Source of the DNA: Rhizophagus irregularis
Taxonomy: Eukaryota
Direction of reading: 5' to 3'
Length of the DNA stretch: 64,000 nt
Assembly (NCBI RefSeq): GCF_026210795.1
Contig: NC_089431.1
Coordinates: 248,001 to 312,000, forward strand
Below are positions 1 to 13,443 of the stretch, in pieces. Each line of letters begins with the position of its first letter. Positions within the stretch are counted from its first letter, which is position 1. The notes under the pieces were generated by a model. It did not search any database. It worked only from the letters and a program-made list of their open reading frames with translations, and was not told the origin of the DNA. The translations under genes were made by a program, and so were the position numbers.

Positions 1-945
1 ATGGAACTGTCCACAAGTTCTAACTATTATTACACCAATTCTTATCGAACATTACAACAAATTTAAAACCCTCATCACCTCAGAATCCAATTCGGTATAT
101 GCACTATACTCGGACTCCATAACGCGCAACTCCATTTTTAAATGAACAACAAAACCGCCTCAACAAATCATGGACATACCAGATTTACATTGTCTCCTCA
201 TGAACTTTGTCCCGATTTCTCTTACATATCCTTTTAAAGCTGCTAAAATCAGCAAAGAAACGACGAAAAAAATTTTATTAAAGTTCTTATTTGACCTACA
301 TAAAGACATATATGAACACATCTGGAAACTCAGAGCTAATATATGGAAAGAATTTAAAAAAGCACACAACATTACAAAAAAATCCTTTACTGACTATAGA
401 CGCAACCATACCCGAGATTCAACTAATAGACAACAAAATATTCACCATAATAATAATATTAACCATTCTTATGGATATCATTGTCCACTAAATGACTCCC
501 GACGCCATATTGAAAATAATAATTTATGGATTTACTTAACTTCATCAAATTTTTTACATAACCTACCTTGGTTATCATCTCTTAACGAAGATCTATCAAG
601 ATTCCACTCCAACATTTTCAATAATATTTTTTTATTTCACATATAAGCCCGACGGGCATTTATTATCACTACTTCTAACCGCTACTGATTTTTATTAATT
701 TTAAATAGATTTTTTCTTTTTCTTTTTTTAGATTTTCCTTGGTTATTCTTTCTTCCTTTTATCTTTATCAGTAGCGTAGTTTTACTGTTAGAGTAGGTCC
801 GCCCGGAGGGTGAGGTCCTGTTGACGGGATATATAACCACAGCACCCTTAATAGTTTAGTCTTCCGCTCTTTGTAGTTGTTGCTACTATTTTGTACTAGT
901 CATTGGTTATTCCTCTCTGAAATAAAATAAAATAAAATAAAATAA
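1..945 (+). mobile_element. 3' end of a non-LTR (LINE-like) retrotransposon: degenerate ORF C-terminus, GC-rich 3' UTR, (AAATA)n tail
   Basis: Frame 2 from the window edge reads WNCPQVL... (end of a CCHC-type H-x-W-x-C motif). An in-frame TGA sits at 143-145, then the ORF continues 170-646 (IYEHIWKLRANIWKE, typical of LINE ORF2 tails). A GC-rich island lies at ~785-915 and a tandem AAATA tail at ~920-945. Confidence 0.7.
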
Positions 946-3019
946 GGTCGTGGATGTTATATGATGCTAAGTATTTTAGTTAAAAAATAGAAAAAGAGTT
1001 TTATGTTATACTATTTTTTTTTTGAATTTTATTATGAAAGTAATTAACTGAAAATGTTTATTATATATTTGAATTTTAAAAAATATGATATTAATATTTA
1101 AATTAAGTATCATTCCAGATTTAGCAAAGAAAAAGATTTTGTTCAATTATTATACTCTAAAGTGATCAAAGGATATTATAAAATGCATTTTACAACTAAT
1201 GTCCTTAGAACTTATTAATTATCCACTGAATCGATACTGTTATACATATGCAAAGTATGTAATTACAATAATATTTTAATCACGCGTCATATATTTTTAA
1301 CTTGAAAAATTCATTCATTACCTATTAAATTTACAAAGAACCGAAACGTCCAACAGTATTTTTTCAAATAATTTTATACAGTCTAAAACAAAGTTCTGAT
1401 AAAGCGAAGATAGTATTTTCGATATGTTTTGTAATTAATATGAGAAATTAAAGTATTTATTTATAAGCATGGTCATATCAATGCATCTTATTACATTTCA
1501 ATATTAATTATGATAACCCATAAATTTTAAAACCTTTGCATATCAGTATAGTTTAAATACAAGTAATAGTTGATATTTCGAAAATTATATCCAAAATATC
1601 AAAAGAAAAAGGAAAGAAAAAGAAAAGAAATCCGAAGGAAATCCGGAAAATTTATGAGTACCTTTAACGTTGATATTTTTAAAAGCTTAATTACTGAATC
1701 AGAAGAAAATAGATTATAAAAAACTGGTAATATAAACCTAGAAGATTTTTAAGAATAACTTTAAGACTAAACCAAATCGATAGGTAGTTCCATTTTCCCT
1801 ATATAAAAAATTCTGGAAAAAACTCCAATAAATGATCCGAAGAAACTAAGGCACGTGATCATTTTTCTGAAAATTTTTATGCCCTATAATAAAAAATATT
1901 GTCCAAACACTGTTCGGTTTTTTGTTCGGCCAATCGACCCCGTTCCGAACATTTACTTGACATTTATTGGACATTCATCATGATATTGTACGTTTTTTAT
2001 GTGATTAAAAATTCCCAATCTCCGTATCTTGTATTAAATTGTAACAAATATTGTACAATAGCGTGCGAATGTCCGGAAAATTGACTCCATTCCGAATATT
2101 TATCAGACAAACATTTTTTATAGGGATGGGGTTTCTTAGTAATTTATTCTTTAGATAATAAATTCTTTCTGGTGACCTGTAACGGAGCGACTTTATTGTA
2201 TGATCACACATGATCGTAAGTCTTCATCCTAAACGTGACTATACTGCAAAAAAAAAAAAACTTTTTATTGATCTGATCGATCCTTTTACGCCACACACCA
2301 CCTTTTCTTTCTATTGAGTTATCAACAGTGAAGATATTGAGAATATTTAGAATATTTTAATTGCGAAATTGAGCGTTATATAGTATCTCTTATACCAGAA
2401 GATAATGGTTACGTATGGGTTTACATATTAAATCAGATTAAGGTCACTCTTCTTTTGACACAACATCATGTTCAATAATATTTCATATTTGTAATGTATA
2501 AGAACAAATTATTTAGCGAAAATCAAGTTAAGTATAAATACGTGATCTATTATAGCGAAAGTAATAAGTAAAATGTAGTATCTTAATAGTTTATTATATT
2601 ATTATATTAAATAATAAATTAAAAGTACATGAAATAAAACATTTTTTGCCAATAAAGAAATACATCACGATAAAATAAAATTACCAAAAATAATTTAACA
2701 CAAAAATTTTTTTTGTTAACAGAGGTTTAATTATACAACTTACTGTATTTGTTTAATATAATAATTACAGAAAATAATCGTCCCAGATGGCCAGATGTAT
2801 TCATGTAGATCATGTGTAACCATTTTTTATGGTAATGCTAGGGTCGTTCAGGTTATAAGCGATTAAGTTGATTTTCTCACATTTTGATTTCTTGTAAATT
2901 GACGATAACCTATCGCGATAACTTGAAGAATATCTTTATTATCCGCTATAAATATATAAAAAATAAATTATTCCCTAAAAAAAATTGTTATTTTTTTTTT
3001 TTTACAGAGATAGTCCGGA

Positions 3020-5200
3020 CTCCGGATATTCTTTAATCTATAAAAACTTTACGATATCAAAAAAAGAAACGAAAAATTTAACGAATACTATATTAATATC
3101 ATCGTTATTAGTTAATAATTATCTTTCCGGTTATCTTCAACAAAAGAAAGTGTCCATACCACTACAATCATATTTACTAATTTGTGTAAGTAATGACAGT
3201 AGATTGCGTTTGTAAACCCGGTCAATATAGGTTTCTCAGAGGCCATACGCTGAAAATTTCAAATATAGCCTGGTCTCTTGCCGGGATCACACCCATTGTC
3301 TCCCATTGTTAAAGAATTAGTGGTACGTTATCATAGTCCACTCCATAAGGGCAAGGGATTGTCATCATCTCGTGATTTATATATTAGACGTGTTTTTTAA
3401 AAATTTTTTTTTTCTTTGATCGATCAATTAGTCAAGAGAATTAGCTATTGGATTGGCGTTAATGTATCCTATAAGTAAGTCATATTAAAAAATGAGAAAA
3501 AGATTTTTTTTGTTTTTAATCTTTTTTAATCTCTCTCTTTTTTTTCTTATTAACATGTACAGCTTCAATAAATAATCAAAGAATGAACATACAAATAATA
3601 GTAATAAAAAAGTTCCACCAAATAGATAGTATATAGTAGATATGATAGATTTTTATTGATATCGCCAATATCAACATTATTTTCATTCGCATGGATAACA
3701 GGACATTGTGTAGATATTAATGATTTAGATAAAGCGAGTTCAACTCGTAGAATACATAATTTAATTTGGGTAATATGGGTGAAGTATGGGTGATGATGAT
3801 CTTTTTAATAATTTTGATTTAAAGCATTAACACGTAAAGAAACTGTTAGTAGTACTTATGTTTCAACTTTAAAGACGTGCCGCAATTTATGTAAGTGAAT
3901 ACACGTTAATTTTAAGTATTAAAAAAGAAAAGTTTATTATTTTTTTTTTAACAGAAATTTCAAAATTTCATTACTTCTTCAATTTCTTCATTAGTAATAA
4001 ATAATAATTATGGCAATATTTTTAATAATGTCATTCATTAATGGGCATTTCATTTATCACGTACATTATTCAATTATAATATGAATATTACATACGTAAT
4101 CGTATAGAACATCGTCATCTTGATCTGGATCAAAATGATGATTGCTGATGATGTTGTAACAATTGTTGACGATATTGATGTTGGTGTTGCAGTAAATCTT
4201 GTTGATCTTGTAATATTTGCTGCTGTTGTTGTTGGATTTTACAATACCAACTGAATATTACAAAATTTGGTTCAATTTTTTTTCATATCAGATATTACTT
4301 ATCATGCTGTTATATTAACTCATTTATATCAACAATAATAACAATTAACAATCATTATTTTATTTTAGAGCAATAAATCGAAAACACTAAAACACATCAA
4401 TGACGAATAGATTTGCACTAGCGAATGATTAAAAAAAGACGTGATGAAAGAAGAATGACGTGATGATGAATATTTGATAGGAGGAAGTGGTGGTGGCACG
4501 TTAACAACTACTTCTATATTGACGTCATTATTTGTTTCTTCAACTCCACCAGTAACAAACACAATGTCATCAACAAATACCAATAATATTGATTACTTTA
4601 ATCATTCTAATTCAAATGGATTGAATTCAATGACAAAATAAGCTAGTGGTGAAATAAATCGTAATGTAGCGTACAAAAGGTGAAAATAGTAATGTTGGTA
4701 ATGGTAAGCGAATTAGCGGAGAGAATACGGGAGTAGTAGAATAAGTAATAAAAGTAGCAGTAGTATAAGAATAAGTGTAGGAACGAATACTATTTAATAT
4801 TAATAATAATGATTCTTCAAGTAATTTAGGTATAAGAAGAATTTCAGGACATATTAAACATCAAAAATCATTCAAAAGAGATTAATTGCTGAAGAAAATT
4901 CTGATGGATCACGTCGAACAATTATGACAAAAAGAAATCATAATAGTGCGAGTGTAAGTAGAGAAGCATCTGACGCAACTTCTACTACAATAGTATTATA
5001 GTAACTACCGACCTCAACCACATATATACTGCTAGTACTATAGCATCAACCACTACTACTGTAATAAGTCCCATAGCGGAAGCAGCCGCTAAGGCTTCTT
5101 GGAATAAACCTGATATAAATGATCATTTGAGTGCTGATGAAAGAAAAGATTATCAGATTCAGTGGAAAATGTGAATGGTTAACTAAACGTCCTGTCGGTA
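3020..5200 (+). pseudogene. Decayed multi-exon membrane-protein gene (possibly DMT/nucleotide-sugar-transporter-like), copy A; boundaries approximate
   Basis: Hydrophobic fragments (SRELAIGLALMYP, FAWITGH) and an S/T/N-rich tail are conserved with 22640-24790. Both copies have many stops and frameshifts. The family assignment is a weak guess. Confidence 0.4.
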
Positions 5201-6037
5201 TCATTTTTCCTTAGAAGAAAACTTTATCAATTTACTTAATTTATAAAAAAAAAATAAAAAACAATTATTTACTTTAATTTGTATCAATGTATTTATATAT
5301 AAATATGCAGTATATTATATTATTCTTTTTTATTATCATTTTTTTTTATTTTTACGGGTGGGAGTTTGTTCTTCTTTATTATTATTTTTTTTTGTATTAT
5401 ATATTTTTCGATGGGTTCGGTTACATATTATATATGTGTATATATATATATACACTTGTATTTATGTTTAATATTGAATCTTTTAATTAAAAAAAAAGAA
5501 CTTTTTTAGATATCATGCAATAATCCATGATATTTGAAAATAGAAAAATTTTTTTTAGTTATCAAATATTAATTTTTTCTAAAATAAAATTATCTCACTC
5601 TTTAATTTACGTAAATATACATACAGTACATGAATGTAGTGGTTTAATATTCTTTACCATATTAATATACCAAGAACATATAAAAGTTGAACAATATTAA
5701 TTTTTTTTTTTGTGATGATCAGATAATGCCTATAAATTTATTAAATTGTTGAATTGTTAGTCCGATCTTTATTAGTGCTACATTATTTAAATTAAGGTCA
5801 CAAAACGGTACAGATAAATTGAGTGTATCACAAATACTATTATTGAAACATACAGTAAATACTTTGTTCTCTTGTAATAGTTTAAGCTTAATGTAACTGT
5901 AGCACAAATTTTTGCTTTTTTATATTCCTGACCAACCCGTTCGTTTTAACTTTTTTTTTTACGTATATATAATTCTGAAATTTGTTTTTATTACTCACAT
6001 ATATAAAATTATAATTCATATAATTCAAACTAATAGT

Positions 6038-8041
6038 ATGGAAAAAAAACCGAAGAAATTATGGAAGAGTGTTTATTATGAAGAGCATCAGGTATTATAA
6101 ATTCACATTTATTATTATTAATTATTGAATTTTATAGTAAAAATTGTAATAATTTTTTGATCATTAAAAGGACCATGTTACAATTTCTACTATTGATTCA
6201 ACTACTGAATCAGATGAAAGAATAGTTTATATGGACGATTTAGAAAAAAGAAAACAAGTATACGGAATATGTGGAGAATGTAATGAACCTGGTACAGGAG
6301 AAGCATGGTGTCAACCTTGTAATTCTAAAAGATTTAAGGATAACTTTAAAAATTGGACTAGTGGAAATAAAGACATTGATGAATTTATACAACACTCACA
6401 ACTTAATGCTTTAAGTTTTCGAAAATGTCTTGAATGGGTACCTTTTGAAAAATTTCAAAATATCACTTATGTTGCCGAAGGTGGTTTTGGTAAAGTATAT
6501 TCAGCTAAATGGCCTGAAGGATGTATCGAATATTGGGATATTAAAAATCAAAGATGGAAACGTAGTGCTCATAAAAAATATGCATTAAAAAGCTTAAATA
6601 ATTCTTCTGATATTTGCTCAGACTTTTTAAATGAGGTAATTTATATTTACTTTGAATTTAATAATTGTTGCTTGTATTTATTTATTAGAAAAATTTCTAT
6701 TTATAAATTAGATTAAAACTCACCTTAATATTCATCTTAATGATGTTATTGAATGTAATGGAATAACTCAAGATCCAAATACTAAAGCGTATATGATGAT
6801 TTTATTTTACTGTAATAATGGAAATTTGAGAAATTATTTAAATAAATCCGAAGAATATATAGGATATGGATTGAAAATTTTTGAATTACTACTAATTGCA
6901 AGAGGACTTTTAGATATTCATAATTCTGGAAAAGTTCATAAAGATTTTCATTCAGGTAATATATTATTTGGGGATGATGAGCCATATATAAGTGATTTAG
7001 GAATGTGTCAATCAGCAAGTAAGCAAAAAGTTAAAGAAGAAGGAATTTATGGAGTATTACCATATATGGCACCAGAAGTTTTACGTGGGCATCAGTATAC
7101 AAAAGCATCAGATATTTATTCATTTGGAATAATAATGAATGAGTTTCTTTCTGAAGAAATTCCTTATGGTGATATTCCTCATAATGAATTTTTAGCTATT
7201 ACAATATGTAAAGGACAAAGACCAAAAATTTCTGAAGACGTACCAAAATTACTTGCAGATTTGATTATAAGATGTTGGGATGCCGAAATAGAGAACAGAC
7301 CTACTACCAAAGAATTGTATCAGATATTAAAAAAATGGAGGGATGAAACTTATGATAGTGATGATAGTGATGATGGCGACGATGGTGAAGATAGTGAAGA
7401 TAGTGAATATGACGAAGATAGTGAAGATAGTGAAGATAGTGAAGAAGATGATGAAGATGATGAAGATGATAAAGATGGTGAAAATATTCAAAATAGTGAA
7501 ATTTACTCCCAAATAAAAGAAAGTGATGAGATTAGGAGGAAAAAATTTAATAACAAGCCAAAAGAAGATAAATCCAAAAATATTCAAACACATCCACAAG
7601 CCATTTATACTAGTAGACTTATAAATTTTAAAAATATTCCAAAACCAGTAAATTCTTCAGATTTATCATCTTTTCAATTTAATTCAGGTAATTTAACTTA
7701 ATTTGCTTTTTATTACGAAAAATCGTTTACATTATTAATTTTATTATGTTTTTCCCAATAGATACTAATTATACTATTCAATCAACGTTAGCAAATCCAA
7801 GCAAGTATTTCTTTTAATTATCGTTACTATAAATAGTATTACATTTAAAATTTATTAACGGTCAAATACCAATTTATTAAATTTACAGTTTCAGAATGTT
7901 TAGATGTTCAATTAAGCGAATTAGGTAAGTTATTATTATTTATAACTTTATTAATATTTCTTATTATCTAATTTATTTATTTACTTATTTTTTATAGAAC
8001 TAAATGAAATTTGTCAAGATAGTGAAAATAATATTGAATGA
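6038..8041 (+). CDS. TKL-like Ser/Thr/Tyr protein kinase with N-terminal CxxC-x9-CxxC motif and long acidic insertion (paralog 1)
   Basis: Exons 6038-6091, 6171-6635, 6712-7687, 7762-7800, 7889-7924 and 7998-8041 splice in frame. Motifs: GGFGKV, ALK, HKDFHSGN, SDLG, YMAPE, DIYSFG, C-terminal THPQAIYTSRL. Intron 4 has a GC donor. Confidence 0.9.
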
Positions 8042-9266
8042 GACTTCTTTTACTTAAATCAATAGTTAAAGTACCATTCTTTTATCTTTTATCTTTTGTT
8101 TACTTTTTTATATATGTATCAATTTAAATAGAATTTTTAAAATTATATTTATTTAAATAAAGATTATAAATTTACAATTATTAATCCCGATATACGTGTA
8201 TTTCCGGGGTTAGCATTATGATGGAATGCTGATGACTGGAAGAGAAAAATCTATACGACTATCTCCAATCAGTAATTCTGAAATATCGATCAATAGTCAT
8301 CACAATTATCTTAGAAATAGAAAATAGAAAAGAATTTTATCATATTTTAATTTTCTTTTATTTGAAATAATTTAAAAGTTTTGAAAATGGAATTAATCGA
8401 TAAGGATCTGCAGAACATGGGAAATCTGGCGTGGCGTCAAATAAAAGTAAAAAATTATGTAAAAAAAAATTATTTTAAAAAATAAACTATTTTGTACTTT
8501 GAGATAAATACTATGTATTAAAAATATGTTAGTGTTAAATCCACATAAAGAGCATTATTTAAAGAATGAAAAATCGACGTATGCACCAAAATCATGTTTA
8601 ACAAATTTTTTCTTTTACTATAAAAATATAATAAAAATATAATAATCTTTTAAGTATTTAAAATGAGTGTGTTCAATAATTTAAAGTTTAAACTAAGATA
8701 TTGAGATATTTGATAGTAAAACTTTAAAGAAAAATTTTTTGCTATAAATTTTTATAATGTAGTAAATTCGCAAAAAATAATCATTAATAAATTATTAGCA
8801 GTTTATCTATCCTAAAGAATTATTAATCAGTTAAATTCGTGATCCGTAATCTGGCATGCACCAAATAAAGGTAAGATCTAAGAAAATATTAGCTAGTGAT
8901 GATATACGTCTTTTTTTGCAGTTTACTTTACTTACCGATCACGAATTAAAAAAATCTTTGAATACGTTTTTAAAATTTAAGTACTGTATTCATATTTATA
9001 ATAAATTATTAAATATGAACTCGAAATGTGTAAACATTTTGAAATTACGACAATTACTAGTGACGGAAAACGTTAGTGTCCGAAGTGAGCTTCACGGCTT
9101 TGATTTACACATTGGATTAGTTTATTTTTAGTATATTTCTAGGTTTCATTTTTGGCAATGAATGAATGAATGAATGAATAATTATATATGTATTTTTGCT
9201 TAATTTGGTTCACACGATACTATGTTAATTTATTCATATATATTTCCGATATATCAATATCAAATA

Positions 9267-9429
9267 CAAGTGCCGCCCGTAACGAATTATTGTATAACGA
9301 CATGCCATTTGTGGATTTCTTTGGTGTCGTTATATAAAACTTAATAAATCACATTATAACGATAATTACTCGATAATTAGAAAATTTTACTAATATCCCG
9401 AAAAATGTCGTTATAACGGGCAGCACTTG
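9267..9429. mobile_element. Tc1/mariner(pogo)-like MITE
   Basis: TIRs CAAGTGCCGCCCGT / ACGGGCAGCACTTG (13/14 match), flanked by TA on both sides. Confidence 0.8.
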
Positions 9430-10549
9430 TATGAACAAAATACTCATTATTAGCACAATTTACAATGTGATAGTTATATAGTAGTTATATTTAAATTTTT
9501 AATCATACTGCTCCTTATTTATTAGGTGAACTCATTAAATATTATAACATTAAATAACAAATTGATTATAAAAAATTTTTATATCAGTATTATATATTTA
9601 CATATTTTATTTTTTAATCATTCTTAAAAGGAAGTTAGAATAAAGTGACTAAATGAAACTTAATAAGATCAAAAAAAATTATTAACTGCTCATGTTCACA
9701 CGATATAACAAGTGATTACATTGCGACTATAATTTCGTATTATCTTACGGACAAAGAACAGGACGCTCAACATTTTTCAAAAATTTTAATGTGGTACAAT
9801 CTAAACAAATTTCTGCTAAAACGCAAGAGCGGCTTATTTGATAAAGTGGAAACATGAGAATCCATATCTATTTAGTTATCTCAAATTCCAATTTTCTAAA
9901 ATCCGATTTTTTCTGTATTTTATGTACGGTCACATGAGCTAGGACACGGTTTCACTTTGAGTTAAAACTAGTTTAAAAAAATTTAACTAATGTAATTATT
10001 TATTGTATTATTGAAAATTTTCATTTATTCTAGATTTATTAATTTTCGTAACTTCATGTAAAGCCTTGGCTAATCGACCGCCGACATTATTAATAATTAT
10101 TTTTCTCAAAGGAAAAATAATCTTATAACTTATATCACCAAAAGTTAATCGAATTTTTTTCTTAATGAAATTTGAAAAGTGACGTTACTAATGCATATGA
10201 GCGATGTGTTTAATACAATGATAGTTGACTTTAATATTGCTAATATACGTACGATTTAAATTTTTTTTTTTTTAAAAAAAAATAAAAAAAATCCTTCGAC
10301 TTTTGGATACCTTATTAATTGATTCTCACCTTTCCTAAAAAAGAAATCAATAAATCACATGATAATTTATCAACTTAAATAAGCGAAACATTCTGATCAT
10401 CATGCTTTTCTCACGATTTGATTTCTTGTAAATAACGTGATGTAATAATGTTTGCAATAATTTTGTAATATTAATTTAATTTCTTCGCGATAATAATTAA
10501 GGTAGATATTTAATTTTCTTTTTTTTTTCTCTGAATTTTGAATTAATTT

Positions 10550-11400
10550 ATTTATACAATAATATAACGATAATAAAGTTTAAATACAAATACTAATAAT
10601 AGCCTTTATATAAAATAGATACATGGCAAAAGTTAGAGTTCATCATAAAAGGGTTGTACGGTATACTTGTAGTGATGAGCATAAGGGTGGCTGAGGTATA
10701 CCACTTGGGTCACTACCATATATATGGTGACCACCTTATCGCAACTACGGAATAACAGAGACTAGGTAACCTTCGTCTCAACATCCAAACCTACTCACCC
10801 ACGATGATGGTCACGCTTATGCTTAACTTATAAATAAATGATGGTCTACCACGAATTTCAACTATTCTTCTTTAATTACAAGTATAATAAAACAATAAAT
10901 GAAATCTATAAAATAGTAAGAAAAAAAAGTCGTTAGTATGGCTGGTACCAGGTGGAAGAACCACCACCATACGCGTAAAAAAAAGTCTCCAGAAAGGTGA
11001 TGGTATCATACTACTCAAGTGGAGACCCTAGAACTTGCACAATAAAGATTTTTTTTTTTTTTTCATTCATTTCTTTTTACTTTTTTTTCTATTTTTTTTT
11101 CTTTATTTTTTCATTTTCATTTTCATTTTTTATTTTATATTTTTTTCTTTATTTTTTCATTTTTTTTTCTTCACTTTTTTTTCTTTTTTTTTGTCACTTT
11201 TTTTAACCTCTACTGTAATAGTCCTTTGGGATACCACTGACAATATGACACCATGCATACGAGCCAGGTGCATAGGCTAACCCTCTTCCAGGAAAGCCAG
11301 TTTCTCATATATACTCCCTTTCAACTTTTTTTATCTGTAAGCCTGTATCATTAAAACTATGCAAGCAGGGAGCGCATGCTTACCTTAATATTGGTCTACC
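10550..11400 (-). mobile_element. Putative retroelement-derived, hairpin-rich insertion (unclassified); boundaries approximate
   Basis: Homology with the paralogous unit (~22480-22570) breaks near 10550 at a (TAAA)n-like end on the minus strand. It contains GC-rich stem-loop islands (10652-10814, 10936-11027, 11205-11400) and a T-rich tract (11047-11205). Part of it recurs inverted at 13800-13961. Confidence 0.4.
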
Positions 11401-12455
11401 GTAAATCTTAATTTGTAAATACAATCCATACCGTATTACATTCTTTCATCTTCGGTAGAAAATTCAAGATTATATTCTTTATTTTCAACCTAACCTTAAA
11501 CATTGAGTTTGAGTATTGTTTTATATTGCTTTGTGTTATTTCATTGCCAACCAAGAAAGAATTGTCACGAGTCTTGCCTGGAAATAATAAAAATAAAAAA
11601 AATTCATTTTGAATATGTTTTCATAAAATAATAAAATGTATTTTTTCTAATATCGAAAAACAAAAGAAGACCTATATAGTAAAACATATCCTTGTTTCAT
11701 CTGACGAGTTACCTATTGAAGAGAGAGTTCGTAAAAAGGAAATATTTCATATTGAATATATTTTTCCATAAAGTACGAGTTTAATTTCTCTAAGTTCGGG
11801 AGTTCGGTGAGTTTGTTATATAAATATATTTATTTGGTTTTGATAAAAAAACGATAAATGAAGTATTGAGAATATATTTTCCATAAAGTACGGAATATAT
11901 TCCATATTTTAATTTTTCTGAGTGAGTTCGTTATATGAATATGTTTATTTGAAGTTTTTAAAAAAAATGAAAAATGAAGTATTGAGAAATTTGAGGGAGT
12001 TTGGGGTATATTTATACTTTTTAAAAAACCTTTTACACAATAGATGATATGGGAACTTCAATGTACAAAATTTACAAGATCAAGATTTTTTTACTATATT
12101 GTTTCATAAAGGAAATAATGACTCATAAAATCTTGAATCTTGATAAAAAAAATCTCTTTTTTTTAAAAAAAATGTAAAAAAAATGTAAAAAAAAGCTTAA
12201 TATTCATGAGTCATTACTAATATTTAAAGGGGTATATCGATCGTGATTTATCATATCGATCGATTCCTAATTTTCTAATGTATTTAATTAGATCTGGAAA
12301 CTAGTAATATTACCGTATATGTATGATTTTTGAATAAATTTACATGTTAGGTAGTTGTAAAGTTTGGAACATGTGGATATGACTTTAATTATCCAAACTT
12401 TTTTTATTTTTTTTCACTCGAATAAATATATATTTCCGCAGCAATAATATATTAA

Positions 12456-12730
12456 ATGTCTGAAAAGAATGAATGGCTTAACTGGATTGTAGAAGCCATT
12501 TCTAAAAAACACATTGACCATTATGAGTATAAACATTTTAAAAATATTGAAGAAATTTGTACCGATGCTTTCAGAAGAGTTTACCGTGCGAAATGAAAAC
12601 AATATTTTGCGTTAAAATCTCTTCGTAAGTGTAACGTCGCTATATCAAATCGATTCACGTGATTGAAAGTTTCCATTAAAGAGTTTTCTTTTCTAGATTG
12701 AAATCCAACGTAAAGTTACTTTTATAAATA
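12456..12730 (+). pseudogene. N-terminal relic of a different TKL-type kinase subfamily
   Basis: Reads MSEKNEWLNWIVEAISKKHIDHYEYKHFKNIEEICTDAFRRVYRAK*KQYFALKSL. The Gly-loop is degenerate, there is a TGA at 12594, then an intron-like gap and IEIQRKVTF. No catalytic domain follows. Confidence 0.7.
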
Positions 12731-13080
12731 ACAAGATATAATTGAAACTTGATGACCTAACTGTGAAGTGTAACAAAGGACTAAATATTTCTATACAGTC
12801 TTGTGATGTATATAGAGTTATGATAAAAGTTACTCACGCGTAATGTAACACATAATCTTGATGTGAGTTTCATCATGACTCATGAGTAAATGAGTATAAT
12901 ATAAATATATCTCATTACCTTTAATTTTTTTCGTCTTTTTTTTAGGTCTACCTTTTCTCTGTCTAGGTCTTCTCTGTTTGTTGTCTTCTCTTTATTAGGT
13001 CTTCTCTTAGGCCCCTTTTCTTTACGTCTTCCTTTAGGTATGTGGGTTGGGAGTGTGAGTTTGTGTGTATGTTTGTGTAT

Positions 13081-13443
13081 TTCCTCCCTTTCGTATTTTC
13101 GTTTTCCCCTTTCCCTTCGTTCTCCCTTTCCCTTTCGTATTCCTTTCCCTTTCGTACTCCCTTCCCTTTCGTATTCCCCTTTCCCTTTCGTTCTCCCTTT
13201 CCCTATCGTTCTCCCTTTCCCTTTCGTATTCCCCCTTTCCCTTTCATATTACCTTTCCCTGTCGTTCTACCCTTCCCTGTCGTTCTCCCCTTTCCCTGTC
13301 GTTCTTCCCTTTCCCTTTCGTATTTCCCTTTCCCTTTCGTATTCCCTTTCCCTTTCGTATTCCCTTCCCTTTCGTATTCCCTTCCCTTTCGTATTCCCCT
13401 TTCCCTTTCGTATTCCCCTTTCCCTTTCGTATTCCCTTTCCCT
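13081..13443. repeat. Pyrimidine-rich minisatellite, ~17-18 bp unit (TTCCCTTTCGTATTCCC(C/T))n
   Basis: About 20 degenerate tandem units seen directly. They account for the five overlapping low-complexity ORFs in the ORF track. Confidence 0.95.

Noticed and set aside
7327..7599. Antisense hydrophobic ORF, and the shifted-frame ORFs 17292-17618 and 26254-26583
   Set aside because: They are shadows of the kinase exons and the acidic repeat.
10669..10716. C/D-box snoRNA-like signature (GTGATGA...CTGA with terminal stem)
   Set aside because: It is too short. The C box is created by the inversion junction and the CTGA is not conserved in the second copy (CCGA).
10997..11280. Phe-rich ORFs
   Set aside because: They are translations of a T-rich low-complexity tract.
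11695..11755. Possible hammerhead ribozyme core (CTGACGAG)
   Set aside because: No stem II closing onto GAAA and no matching stems I or III.
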